Assembly: GCF_021869535.1 (NCBI RefSeq)
Contig: NW_026262734.1
Coordinates: forward strand, 106,702,001-106,766,000
Reading direction: 5' to 3'
Length of the DNA stretch: 64,000 nt
Origin: Mytilus californianus
Lineage: Eukaryota
Shown here: piece after piece, positions 40,001 through 50,666 of the stretch
Layout of the letters: each line of letters begins with the position of its first letter
How positions within the stretch are numbered: position 1 is the stretch's first letter
Made by a program: the position numbers and the translations under genes
Notes under the pieces: model-generated
What the model saw: only the letters and a program-made list of their open reading frames with translations
Databases searched by the model: none
What the model was told of the DNA's origin: nothing

Positions 40001-40091
40001 GTCATACAAAAGGGAGGTATAACTAGCTATTTACCTAGGTAAGACCCACCATTTTCTTCGCAAAATGCCTGTACCAAGTCAGGAATATGAC
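40001..40091 (+). ncRNA. Type-P5 twister-like fold (degenerate paralog 61881-61977)
   Basis: P5 GUCAUA/UAUGAC; GAGGU; P3 CAUUUU/AAAAUG; P4 CCUG-UACCAAGU-CAGG. Confidence 0.55.
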
Positions 40092-41571
40092 AGTTGTTTT
40101 TCACTAGTTCCATTGATTGAGCGCGTTTGATTTTGTCAGTTTTTAGGGACTTCCCTTTTTTTGAAGTTGCCTTGAATATCAGTATTTTTGTTACATTTTT
40201 TTACGTCAAAATTTGCTTTTAAAATAATTGAATCAATATATTAGAAATAACATTATTATTGACCTTGAACAGTTTTGACATTGTTAAGGTAAATACAGAA
40301 ACATATCAAATCGGAAGTTACATATAGTCTTTCTGAATTGAACAACAATTTGTGTCTGCATGTTATTGAATCCTGACCGATAGAAACCGATTAAAAATAA
40401 AGTCATTACAGTTTTCATTATGACCAAAAAAGTAAAGCTTAAACCCATAGCAAAAGAGAAAATGATGATTCAAGAATATGATACACAATTCACAATTAAC
40501 CACAACACTTAAACCTGTATCTGCCCCTGCAACATTGATCGGAAATATCTACTTATCGGAATCGCTTATATGGCTAAATTTGTTACTATTTGTATCACAC
40601 TTTAAACGGCACATTATCTACTTAATTCATATAAACTTTTGTGGTAAATGAGTCCTAGATAAATAGAAGTGTCAAGGCTGATTAATGTGTAAATGCTATA
40701 TTTTCATTGATTTGTTCTATATATTTCGTCATACTAACTCCCTTGTCACCAGTTAGTTTTACATGACGTAAATAATAAACTTCATTCTGATTAAAAATTT
40801 GGTGTGAATAATAAGTCAAACCTATTTCCGTTGTACGATGTTTGCTTTTGTAGGTATGATTGTGTTTAATTGTTTAAGTCATTCCCCATTCTTTTTTTAA
40901 CAAGATATATAGTTGTAACTTATTAAGGCCTGTAAGATCAACCCACAGTTATTGCTTTTCCTTACAACTATTAGATATAAAAACAATTGTGTTATTCTTA
41001 ATCTTCTTTTAAAAAAAATAAAGGAAATTATACAATTTCAGTTTAGTGTGTTCTATCCTCAATTGTTTTTCAAATGTAAAAAAAAGTTTTTACAGTTCAT
41101 ACGCACTATTTGCTCCATTTATAATTTCTTCACATTATACATGTATATGATAATTATCTCCACGCAGTTCATGGTTCTAAGTGTTTCAGTATTTTACAAT
41201 GAGATTTTGATGCAAGTTTCGAAAATGAAAATTTGTTACGTTTTTTTTTTGCCAGTAAAAATATGTGATTTGTTGATTTTACACTGTATCGTGTACATTA
41301 CGTCGCATCATACTCTTCTATCTCGATGCATTACTATGGCCCTTCTTGAAATTAGCTGTTATGCATAATGTTTGACATCGTGTTTAAGGCTTTGCGACTA
41401 AGAACAACATTTTCTTTCCCGTTTCGTTACCTTTAGGTTTTTGGGTTTTTCTCGAATGCAACAATTATGTATTTTTTATGCATTAGTGTAAACCCCTTTT
41501 TCTTTCAATAGAAAATTACAGAAAGAAACAAAACAACAGCAAATAAAATAACAAGCTTCAATATTTTCTTT

Positions 41572-41658
41572 GTAGAGGTATAGGGGGAGGGTTGAGATCT
41601 CATAAACATGTTTAACCCCGCCGCATTTTTGCGCCTGTCCCAAGTCAGGAGCCTCTAT
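41572..41658 (+). ncRNA. Type-P5 twister ribozyme candidate (most complete copy)
   Basis: P5 GUAGAGGU/GCCUCUAU; P2 GGGG/CCCC; GAGGG; U|AA at 41613/41614; GC; P3 GCA-UUUU-UGC; P4 CCUG-UCCCAAGU-CAGG; T1 CCC/GGG. Confidence 0.75.
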
Positions 41659-41900
41659 CCTTTGTCAGTCTTGTATTATTTTTAATTTTAGTTTCTTGTG
41701 TACAATTTGGAGTTTAGTATGGCGTTCATTATCACTGAACTAGTATATATATTTGTTTAGGGGCCAGCTGAAGGACGCCTCCGGGTGCGGGAATTTCTCG
41801 CTGTATTGAAGACCTGTTGGTGACCTTCTGCTGTTGTCTGTTCTATGGTCGGGTTGTTGTCTCTTTGACACATTCCCCATTTCCATTCACAATTTTATTT
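41572..41900 (+). mobile_element. ~330-bp retroposon-like repeat at the unit 1/unit 2 junction
   Basis: Not present in unit 2 at 63440; its last 75 bp recur as an insertion at 57819-57893. Confidence 0.75.
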
Positions 41901-42284
41901 TATTGTCCGTTCCATCGAAAGTCTTAATGAAAAAAAATTGTTTCTCCAACTTTAACTATTTTATGTTTTACAATCAAAAATTAGAAATTAAAAAACAACG
42001 TTTGAATCAATCAAACTGGCCTATTCATATACGCCACGTCCACAGAGTAGAATAAGTAATAAGTGTCGAACTTGACATGCTTGACAAAAACAATAAACAA
42101 AATTGATAGAATTCACCTAATTTTTCTTGTAAGTGTGTCTACCGGAAAGGAAATTATGTGTGGTAAAAATAAGACTTCTGTGTATACTTCTTAGTATACA
42201 ATACTAAAATAAAGTTTCCAATTTGTAAGACAGAGGCTAGTTTATCTACTCTAGCAGCTACTTATAAAACCCATTTAGATGTTA

Positions 42285-42306
42285 AATGATTCCCAGTTTA
42301 TAAAAA
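42285..42306 (+). promoter_or_regulatory. TATA box with adjacent kappaB-like site, IL-17 copy 3
   Basis: aatgattccc then TATAAAAA at 42299-42306. Confidence 0.45.
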
Positions 42307-42426
42307 TAGAATGCATCCGGCGAACACAGTTTAAATATTGTTCAAAATCAATACCGCATGCATAACAGCAACAACTGTTGACAAGAAGACAAGAAGCCTG
42401 AATAAGTTCTCCAAAAAATATACAAG

Positions 42427-43273
42427 ATGAATTTTATCAATGTAAGCAACAATAGTTAAATGTTTTTGTTATTCAGTAATTAAGTCTGTATATTACGACC
42501 TTAGAATAATTCTATTTATAACTTGTACCAATAGATAGTATATTTGAATCCCTGAACTAGTTTATAAAACTGCAATAGAATTGTTTTAAATATTTTTTTA
42601 AATAATGAACGAATTTCTAAATTGAATCTGCACTAGTTTATACTTTTGCACAATCAGACAAACTTGAAAACACAATTAAATTTAATTTTCATTTCATTTC
42701 CAGATCCTTAAAGCTGCATTAATACACATCACATGTTGTATTGCATCCGTCAATAGTGCACCAACATGTACAGACCCTACAGACTTACAGGCTAAATTCA
42801 AAAGTATAAATGGAGGAGTGGATTACAGGACATTTTTTTTCACAGAAGGTTGGAAGCAAGACACACTGGACAATGATTTTACTCAACTTGTAGATCACGG
42901 AAAAAATAAAACTAAAATCGACTGTCCTTCAACATTTTTAAAAGGACCCAATCTCCCATTAATGGTACGTACATCATGCCCTTGGTTTTTAGAGAAAACA
43001 CCATACAGTGCTGAAACATATCCCCATGAACACTATAGAGCTACTACTGAGTGTACTAAGTGTATAGATGCTTCTGGAGATCAGAAATGTTCACCAATTC
43101 AACAGAAAATCCAGATATTAACAAAAACCGGTTGTGAAAACGGATTTTATAAATATGAAGTAACAGATACCTATATTCCAGTAGCTTATGTATGTGAACA
43201 GCCAAGAGAGATCGTAAATGATGTACAAATAACCACTGCCCGACCTCCAGCTGATGGACCAGAAGAAATGTAA
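42427..43273 (+). CDS. IL17: Interleukin-17-like cytokine, copy 3 (194 aa; exons 42427-42441 and 42704-43273)
   Basis: Same structure as copy 2; ATTAAA at 43607-43612; ATTTA motifs in the 3' UTR. Confidence 0.93.
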
Positions 43274-43635
43274 GGTCCATGATATAAAACACATCATTTC
43301 CAGAGTTATTGGAACAAATATTGTAATGTCCTATGGACATATATGGTTGTATTGTTATGATATTAAATTGTTAAATACTCTCATTAACGGTAAGATTAGT
43401 GCAATATCCGTCCACAACCAAACATTATCTAACTAAAACTAGTCACTGCCTAAAACATATATGCTAGTAGGTTACTTATTTCCGGGAAAATCTTACTGAT
43501 AGTTTTAAAGTAAGGCTTTTTTATTTTAAGTATAAGTGTGTGCAAGTGTGTATTTATCTTGTTTTTGATGTTGTTGTAATACACTTGTATATTTATTCGA
43601 ATTGTTATTAAATGAAAACACTTTATCAATTTCAT

Positions 43636-43677
43636 GCGTCCGAAGCTCTATTCTAGATTTACTTTCATCAGAAACGC
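43636..43677 (-). ncRNA. Hammerhead-like motif with mutated core (GAAA to GAAU)
   Basis: Paralog of 27339-27380. Confidence 0.4.
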
Positions 43678-44549
43678 TTAAAGCCAAATGTTTGAAACCA
43701 AAGGATGTATAAGAACCAAAACAGTTGAAGAGCTACATGACCAAAACGGGCCGTAAAATAAATGCCAAATCCATCTAAGGTCAACTTTGCCATATAGTGG
43801 GTTTTATGTATTCTGTTTTTTAAAAGATTCTACGAATGTATAAAATGTTTATAAGTAATTGTGAAATATTCATACCATAAGTTAATTATTAAATTAATAC
43901 TGTTCGAATTTTAGTCAACGAAACAGGGTGGTATTTGTTTATTATAAAAATATTGTTCAAATGTGATTGTCGTGTTAAGAACATTATATAAAGTTGTTCA
44001 ATATCTGTAATAAATGTCTCAAATCGTATTTAAATGCAAATTTATATTTTTAACTTATTTTGATTTTGAAGATTTGCATGTTTTCAAACTTTTCTAATAA
44101 AATTTTTATCTTTTATAATTTTTGTCTAATATACGTCTACATAGTGGTATTACAAATAACAATACAGCACGATAACAAAACAGATAAACAAGAAATATGA
44201 TTTAGTTGATTATATATGCGGCATAAACCTCGTTTTGAAAGCATATGTTGCAGGATAGAAACTATACTAACTGCAAAGCTAAATTAGTTTGGTATTATCC
44301 TGGAGTCGTCCAGTAAGTTAAATATATAACCGGCGATTTGGCTCGATCAAATACGACTATCAGGTGTTGATGATCTAATCCTAAACCAGTATAACAAATG
44401 GTAAAAAGCTGAAAAATGCATATTATATTACAATTTTACAATCTGTTGAATAAAATGTTATAATGTACGATATGGCAAGTATAACTGATAGCACAGTCCG
44501 TTGAATCCGATATAAATTGTCCCTTATAGAAAGGTCGAATTTCCAGTAT

Positions 44550-46910
44550 ATCATGGATTAACATTGTTTTCCAGCATTTTAATCAGTCTGATCATTCGAT
44601 CCTTTCCATGCAAGTTCGTATCATCGAAAAAGTATTCCCCAGGACTAACAATCCTCATCTTGCAACACCTCTCCGTAGACAAATGGAAGACTACTGGATT
44701 TGGGAACTATGAACTGCGACATCATATGGTTGCAATTACAAAATTGAGGGTATAGGTATTCTATCTAGTCAATCCAATAGCTCGAAGAATGTGACGACTA
44801 TGTTCACCGCTACTTTTTAACGTAGATGCAGTCATGGTTATCGTCTTACTACATCACCTACTCTCCATGATGTCTCTATAAATGACCTGCTGCCACTAAA
44901 ACAAGGGGTATCCATCATATTCGCACGAAGCTTAATTCACTAGCCCTTTCAAATCTTCATTCTATGTACAACATATGTTTAGAAACGAGTTACAAACCCC
45001 CATTAAAACCAATACAAACTTACAGCTATCATCTCGGATATTGCCAGTCACAGACTTTTAAAACCAGTTCGCATTTAAAAGGATGAAAATGAGAAAAGAT
45101 CCTTTCCTTTGCCAACCAAGGTTACGGTGCCATCAACTTGGGCAATATCCTTCATCATAAATCAGTTCACTCGAAAATACCTCCCTATTGTAAAAATCAG
45201 TCTGTACCTATCATCTCTCATACCTATACCAAACTGATTGCAACTTAAATTTTCACTTACAAACACGTGTTGTAGGATCTCAATATTGACGACTTCAAGT
45301 CTAAACCTCCTGATTGCACATGTGCTAGTTCCCGATTCATATATAATTCGAATGGCCACGTTATTACTGACGACCTTAACATTGTCAATAACACTTCTCT
45401 GCGAAATGTGTTATCCAAAGGCCCGAAATATCGTGAGCCTAAATACATCAATTGAAAACACAAAATACTGATGGATTCAGTCGAGGATTTTGCCTGGCAA
45501 CGGATTAAACGCGAGAAAGAAAACATAGATACTCTTTCCTGAATGAATTAAGACTGTGAGGTCGTTGATACAAATCAGAATTAAAAAACCTGGATGATTC
45601 TATGAATAAACATGCTACATCAATCATTAAAGACCAAAATGTTGCAAAAGACCTGTCCTACCTCCATGACAAATATGTTGTTGGCGTTAATCAGATGTAG
45701 ATACTAAAAAATTCCAAAGATCCTATAAAGTACATACAATCTAAGACTATTTCATCTTACAATAGTACTAAACATTTGACTTTTTAACACTCTACACATG
45801 TATTCCTCATTCCAAACATACAAAAACAAAAAAACAAGTTGAACAAATTGGTCCTGCTGTGAAAGGCCAATGTACATGTATATGCACATATCATATCATA
45901 GGGGGGGGGGGGGGGGGGTGATAAATTGTACTTTGTAAAAACTCACTCTGTTTCAAACAAAAAGTTCTCAGAAACCTACATTATCAAGATGATTGATTTC
46001 TTGATTGACAACATATTTGTTACGTTTAGAGGACGGGTTTGTATAACAAACAACCGGCATTCCCAAGGGAACCAACTGTGCTCCTCTTCTTGTCGGCTTG
46101 TTCCTTTATTTATTTGAGGCTGACTTCATACAGGAGTTTCTTAGAAAGTAAGAAAAGAAGTTGGCATTATCCTTTAACTTCACATTCCGCTATATAGATG
46201 ATGTCCTTTCACTAAATAATTCAAAGTTTTGTGACTATGTTGAACGCATCTATCCCATCGACTTTGAGTCTGCCTTATATCTTGACTTACATCTAGGACT
46301 TGAAAATAAGGGTCGTTTGAAAATGAAATTTTACGACGAAAGAGATGGTTTTAGGAACTTTCTATTTGTATGAAGCAACATTTCAACAGCGTTTGCGAAT
46401 GGAGTAGACTTCTCCCAGCTACTACGATATTCCAGGGCTCATATTTCCTATCAAGATTTCCTTAAGAGAGGGTTGCTGCTCACAAGGAAGCTATATAGCC
46501 AAGAGTGTTCCAAGTGATGCAGACGAAACATTCCTTCGTAAATTTTACGGACGCAATCACGAGATGGTTGACTGTTCCACTGATGACGACTTATAGTTCC
46601 AATTGTCGTAACTACAATCCCGTCCTCTTTTACCCGGATGTGACCTACCAAATTGGACTTATAACCAAGTGTGTACTACATGAGCATCACGACAGTTGAA
46701 ACATGTGGAGCAGCATCTGTTTACCCTTCCGGAGTACCTGTGATTACCCCTAATTTTTGGTGGGGTTCGTGTTGCTCGATCTTTAGTTTTCCATGTTGTG
46801 TTTTATTTACTATTGATTGTCTTTTGGTCTTTTTATTTTTAGCCATAGTGTTGTCAGTTCATTTTCGACGTAAGAGTTTGAATGTCCTTTTGGTATCTTT
46901 CGTCTCTCTC
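44550..46910 (+). mobile_element. Degraded Naiad family 2 (Cys type)
   Basis: FQHFNQSDHSILSMQVRIIEK...YWI...SYGCNYKIEG; PPDCTCASS; KGPKYRE; FLIDNIFVTF; FRYIDDVLSLNN; 3' tail. Confidence 0.88.
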
Positions 46911-47769
46911 TTTGGAAAATTCGTATGTTACTAAAGTTGCTTGTTAAAGCTTTGTTGTAAAAACAGAGGTTCTACATTTTATTTATATCCTTGTACATAT
47001 ACGATGGTCACTATTAAACACGTTAAATGTGTAATAATTACATTACATGTATTTTCATTACAATCCATAATTTTGATGGGCTTACAACAATCGCGAGGCA
47101 CTTCCATATCAAATTGTATTTTCGTATGAAATACAACAGCAATGACTGCACGTGCTATTCGTGACAGTGTTAAAAATAATTCATTGAAAAACAAACGAAG
47201 ACTTGGTACAACTTTTATTTTATAATTCTAGTATCAAAATGTAATTATAAGAATTGAATGCTTCTTTTTGAAATGTTAAAGGGGTTGTATAAGCGTTGAT
47301 CGTGTGCACAGTTTTAACATGAAGCGGTTTCTCATACAAAATGTGCTTCGGTCAACGCTTTTACACCTAAATAAAATCATAAATAAAAAGCATTCAATTC
47401 TTAAATGAATTCTTCGCACTAACGGATTTTAATGTGATATATAACAAGGTTACTAGTAATCTACGACAGCATTTTATTTTGGCATCAATTGAGGGTATGC
47501 ACTATGTATATAGATATAAGAAGATGTGGTATGAGTGCCAATGAGACAACTCTCCATCCAAGTCACAATTTGTAAAAGTAAACCATTATAAGTCAAAGTA
47601 CGGCCTTCAACACGGAGCCTTGGCTCACACCGAACAGCAAGCTATAAAGGTCCCCAAAAATGACTAGTGTAAAACCATTTAAACAGGAAAACCAACGGTC
47701 TAATCTATATAAAAAACGAGAAACGAGATACACTTATAAACCACATCAACAAACGACAACCACTAAACA

Positions 47770-47851
47770 TCAGGTTCCTGACTTAGGACAGGTGCAAACA
47801 AATGCAGCGGGTTTAAACGTTTTAATAGGCGTCAACCTTCACCCTACCTGA
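47770..47851 (-). ncRNA. Type-P5 twister ribozyme candidate in the Sec-Naiad tail
   Basis: P5 UCAGGU/ACCUGA; P2 GGGU/ACCC; GAAGG; U|AA at 47815/47814; GCU; P3 GCA/UGC; P4 CCUG-UCCUAAGU-CAGG; T1 CCU/AGG. Confidence 0.75.
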
Positions 47852-48188
47852 AACAATAGTGTAACATCACAACATAGAAAGACACACTATAAAATATCAA
47901 TTGAAATGGCTTAACTCGATCAAAAGACATCTTAACAAAAACAAGTGAACATACACTGAACGAAAGCGAAAATTTATCGTCATACTAAACACTTATCAAA
48001 GGTGCTATATATTAAAAAAAAGTGAGACTAGATATATCACTGAATAAGTAAACATTAAATAACAAAAATACATTACAAATTGTATCAACAGGTCAAATTA
48101 ACACAAAAGTACGATTTGAGAGTACTCGCAGTTACTGAAAGCTAGTTAAAAGCCAAAAACAATTAGTAATAAAAAATCATGCATCAGA

Positions 48189-48246
48189 GACTAAAATCAG
48201 TTAAAACACATCCCAGGGATTTAGTGTTTTAACGTCATGATCAGTC
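48189..48246 (-). promoter_or_regulatory. SECIS element (form II)
   Basis: GACUGAUC-AUGA-C-GUUAAAACAC-U-AAA-UCC-CUG-GGA-U-GUGUUUUAAC-U-GA-UUUU-AGUC: AUGA/GA quartet, perfect 10-bp helix II, unpaired AAA, apical mini-stem, helix I GACU/AGUC. Confidence 0.85.
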
Positions 48247-50666
48247 AAAGAAGACGAGTTGGGATATATAAACATCGTGTAATGGAACCAAAGGAACATC
48301 GCCGTCTAAAAAGGGATTATTAACAATAGGGAATGAAAAATCGTCTCTTTTGTCGTGAATTTTAGTATGGAGTTTCCCTTTAAAAATTGAAATGTCTAAA
48401 TCTAGATAAGGACAACTACTGCTGTTTATGTTAGATTTATTTAAAGTAAGTTCCTTTGGGTAAATTTCGCTAGTATATTTAGAGAACTCTGGATTATTTA
48501 ACGAAAAAGTATCATCAAGATAACAGTAGGTATTGTTGAATTATCAACCAAATGTAACAATGCCGTGTCTTTACTGAGTTTGGTCATAAACTGAGATTCA
48601 TAGCAATACAGGAATAAATCTGTTATTAAAGGAGCACAGTTAGTGCCCATATGAATACCTACTACCTGTCGATACACTTTATCGCCGAAACGTACATATG
48701 TGTTGTCCAGGAGAAAATTTAAAGCTTCAATCATATCTTCACATTTCCAGTAAGTGCATCTAGCATACTTTCCTTTTTCGTTACAGAAAAAGGCTTTAAA
48801 GGAGTTACAGCAAATAAATTTGCTATGAGATTTTTCAAAAGACCATTTAATTAAATATGAAAACTTTTTTGTGATAGGATTGTGTGGAAGTGTAGTGTAG
48901 AGAGTAGAAAAATCATAACTGTCAACAGAATTAAAAGGACCATCAAAAGCACGTATTTTATCTAAAACCTCTAATGAATTTTTAACACTCCAAAAATAAA
49001 TAATACCATTATTTTCATAAGCTTTATTACAAAAGTTAATAACAAGTTCTTTGATAGCAGTAAAGGAGGTAGTTAGAAGCACTGACAGATTAGCAGTAGA
49101 ACACTTAGTAGATGCGGAGATGAAACGGAATTTTAACGGAGGCTTTCAGCTGGGAAGTGACAGTGATATGCTTGTTTACAATTTGACTCTCTGTGGAGCG
49201 TACGGACTTGAATGTAGACGAATTGATAATTTCGTTTTGGAGAACTACCGTGTAGTATATGCGTCACACCACCACTATATTATTGGCTGCTTTGTTAATG
49301 ACCTGACGACACTGTTTCCAATCTATTATAGATGGAGGACGATATTAAGGTCCTTTCTTAAGAAAAGTTTTTACCTCACGGTCTTCGACGATGTTGAGGT
49401 CTCCTGTAATGACATGACCACGGTCTCAAGTGGAAGGAGCATTATTTTCTATATTGACGTCTGCTGTAACTGACGTATAATTAAAAATCAAACTTCTGCT
49501 GGTTTTTTTTTATAAGAATACGAAATAATAGTTGGTTCGGTATTATCAAAATATGGAGGTATTTGACTATGGATGGTAGAGTCATTGAATATACTAGATA
49601 AGTTAATAAAATCAATACCTCTATTTATATATTTTAATTTAAGAAAATGCCGTTTATGATTTTCAGGTTTATCGATACTAGGAAACAGCCTATGATGACA
49701 AAAGGCTGTAACAATACGGGTGTATTCATACAACGGGCTAAAAAATGAATTTTTATCACACACCTGAAAAATAGTTTACATAATACTTGATGTCTACCAT
49801 TATTTTTTAATATAGATAAAAGATCAGCAAGTGTATAATTTATACGATGTTTAATGAGTTGATTACAGTTTTTGCGTTTACCATGAGACCTATTATTTCT
49901 TAGTCGTTTATCGACAATATTAATCATCGATAGAAGTTTTAGATATGTTCCCCTGTCCCAATATTTTGTCATTGAGACCGAGAGGATAAGCTGTTTGAAG
50001 TCTTTTTATCCAAAATAGTTCGCGAACTTCACGGGATTTTTCAAATTGCGTGTGTTATTGTCCTGATTGTTTCTGAACGGTTTCAAGTGGTTGGAGTTTT
50101 ATAAATTTTAGATTATGATCATGCTTATCTAAATGTTGGTATATCAAACTTTTGAATTTTTTAGGTCTTCGAAAGCGGTAAAGGTGCTCTCAATTCTTCT
50201 GTAATATTCTCATCCCGTCTGTCCCACATATTGAATACCACACTTAGGCTGGGTTCAAGTTACCACATATATAAGGTTTTGAGTTTTTTCAGGTAATGTC
50301 ACAGGGAAAGGAGAGTGAAAAAGCTCTCCCGTTCAATGTTGACCTAACAGTATTTTGTGAAGTAAATCTAAAACAGGTGAGTCATTTTTTGGCATTGCAC
50401 GGGAAAATTTGTGGATATCCACGTGCATTTTTGTTTAACAATCTGCCTGCAGAGGCATTACAAATACGTTTGTTTAAGCACGTGGATATCCTAGAAGTCT
50501 GGTTGTTATTTAATTTCTTTCCATTACGTAAAATCATGATAATTTAAATAGGGGTATAGGCAAAATAAAAAAAAGACCGGAGGTTATAACATAGAATAAG
50601 GATCACACTTACGGAATAAGAAATAATAGGCAAAGCAGAAAAAGAACTCTTACAAAAACTGTTATA

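Larger units (their letters stand above)
24708..41571 (+). repeat. Tandem duplication unit 1
   Basis: 25604-28088 matches 41904-46244 and 28087-41571 matches 48812-63440; 24708-25180 matches 63531-64000. Confidence 0.92.
47511..50664 (-). mobile_element. Selenocysteine-type Naiad Penelope-like retroelement with SECIS and twister in its 3' tail (decayed; 5' flank continues at 52804-53074)
   Basis: ATG 50537; PCNAKK-TGA-LTC, IT-TGA-KSQNLIYVVT-TGA-TQPKCGIQYVGQT, ELFWIKRLQTAYPLGLND; RT ORF 48498-49082 (DFSTLYTTLPH, MGTNCAPLITDLFLYCYE); LDLDIS, DKRDDFSFPIVN; continuous tail to 47511. Confidence 0.9.

Noticed and set aside
41572-41658. HDV-like ribozyme interpretation of the shared tail motif
   Set aside because: Not enough sequence for nested P2/P3/P1.1 and no J4/2 catalytic C motif. 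The twister topology explains all stems.
9883-43273. Positive selection on the IL-17 copies
   Set aside because: 14 nonsynonymous versus 5 synonymous changes is compatible with neutrality, and the counts are too few.
46570-46615. CTGATGA at ~46581 as a hammerhead or SECIS
   Set aside because: Followed by GUAA rather than GAAA, with no stem I/III pairing and no 3' GA quartet partner.
50210-50214. A further TGA after QYVGQTG as a fifth Sec codon
   Set aside because: It falls at an Arg-type column in a locally frameshifted stretch, so CGA-to-TGA decay or an indel is more likely. Not counted.
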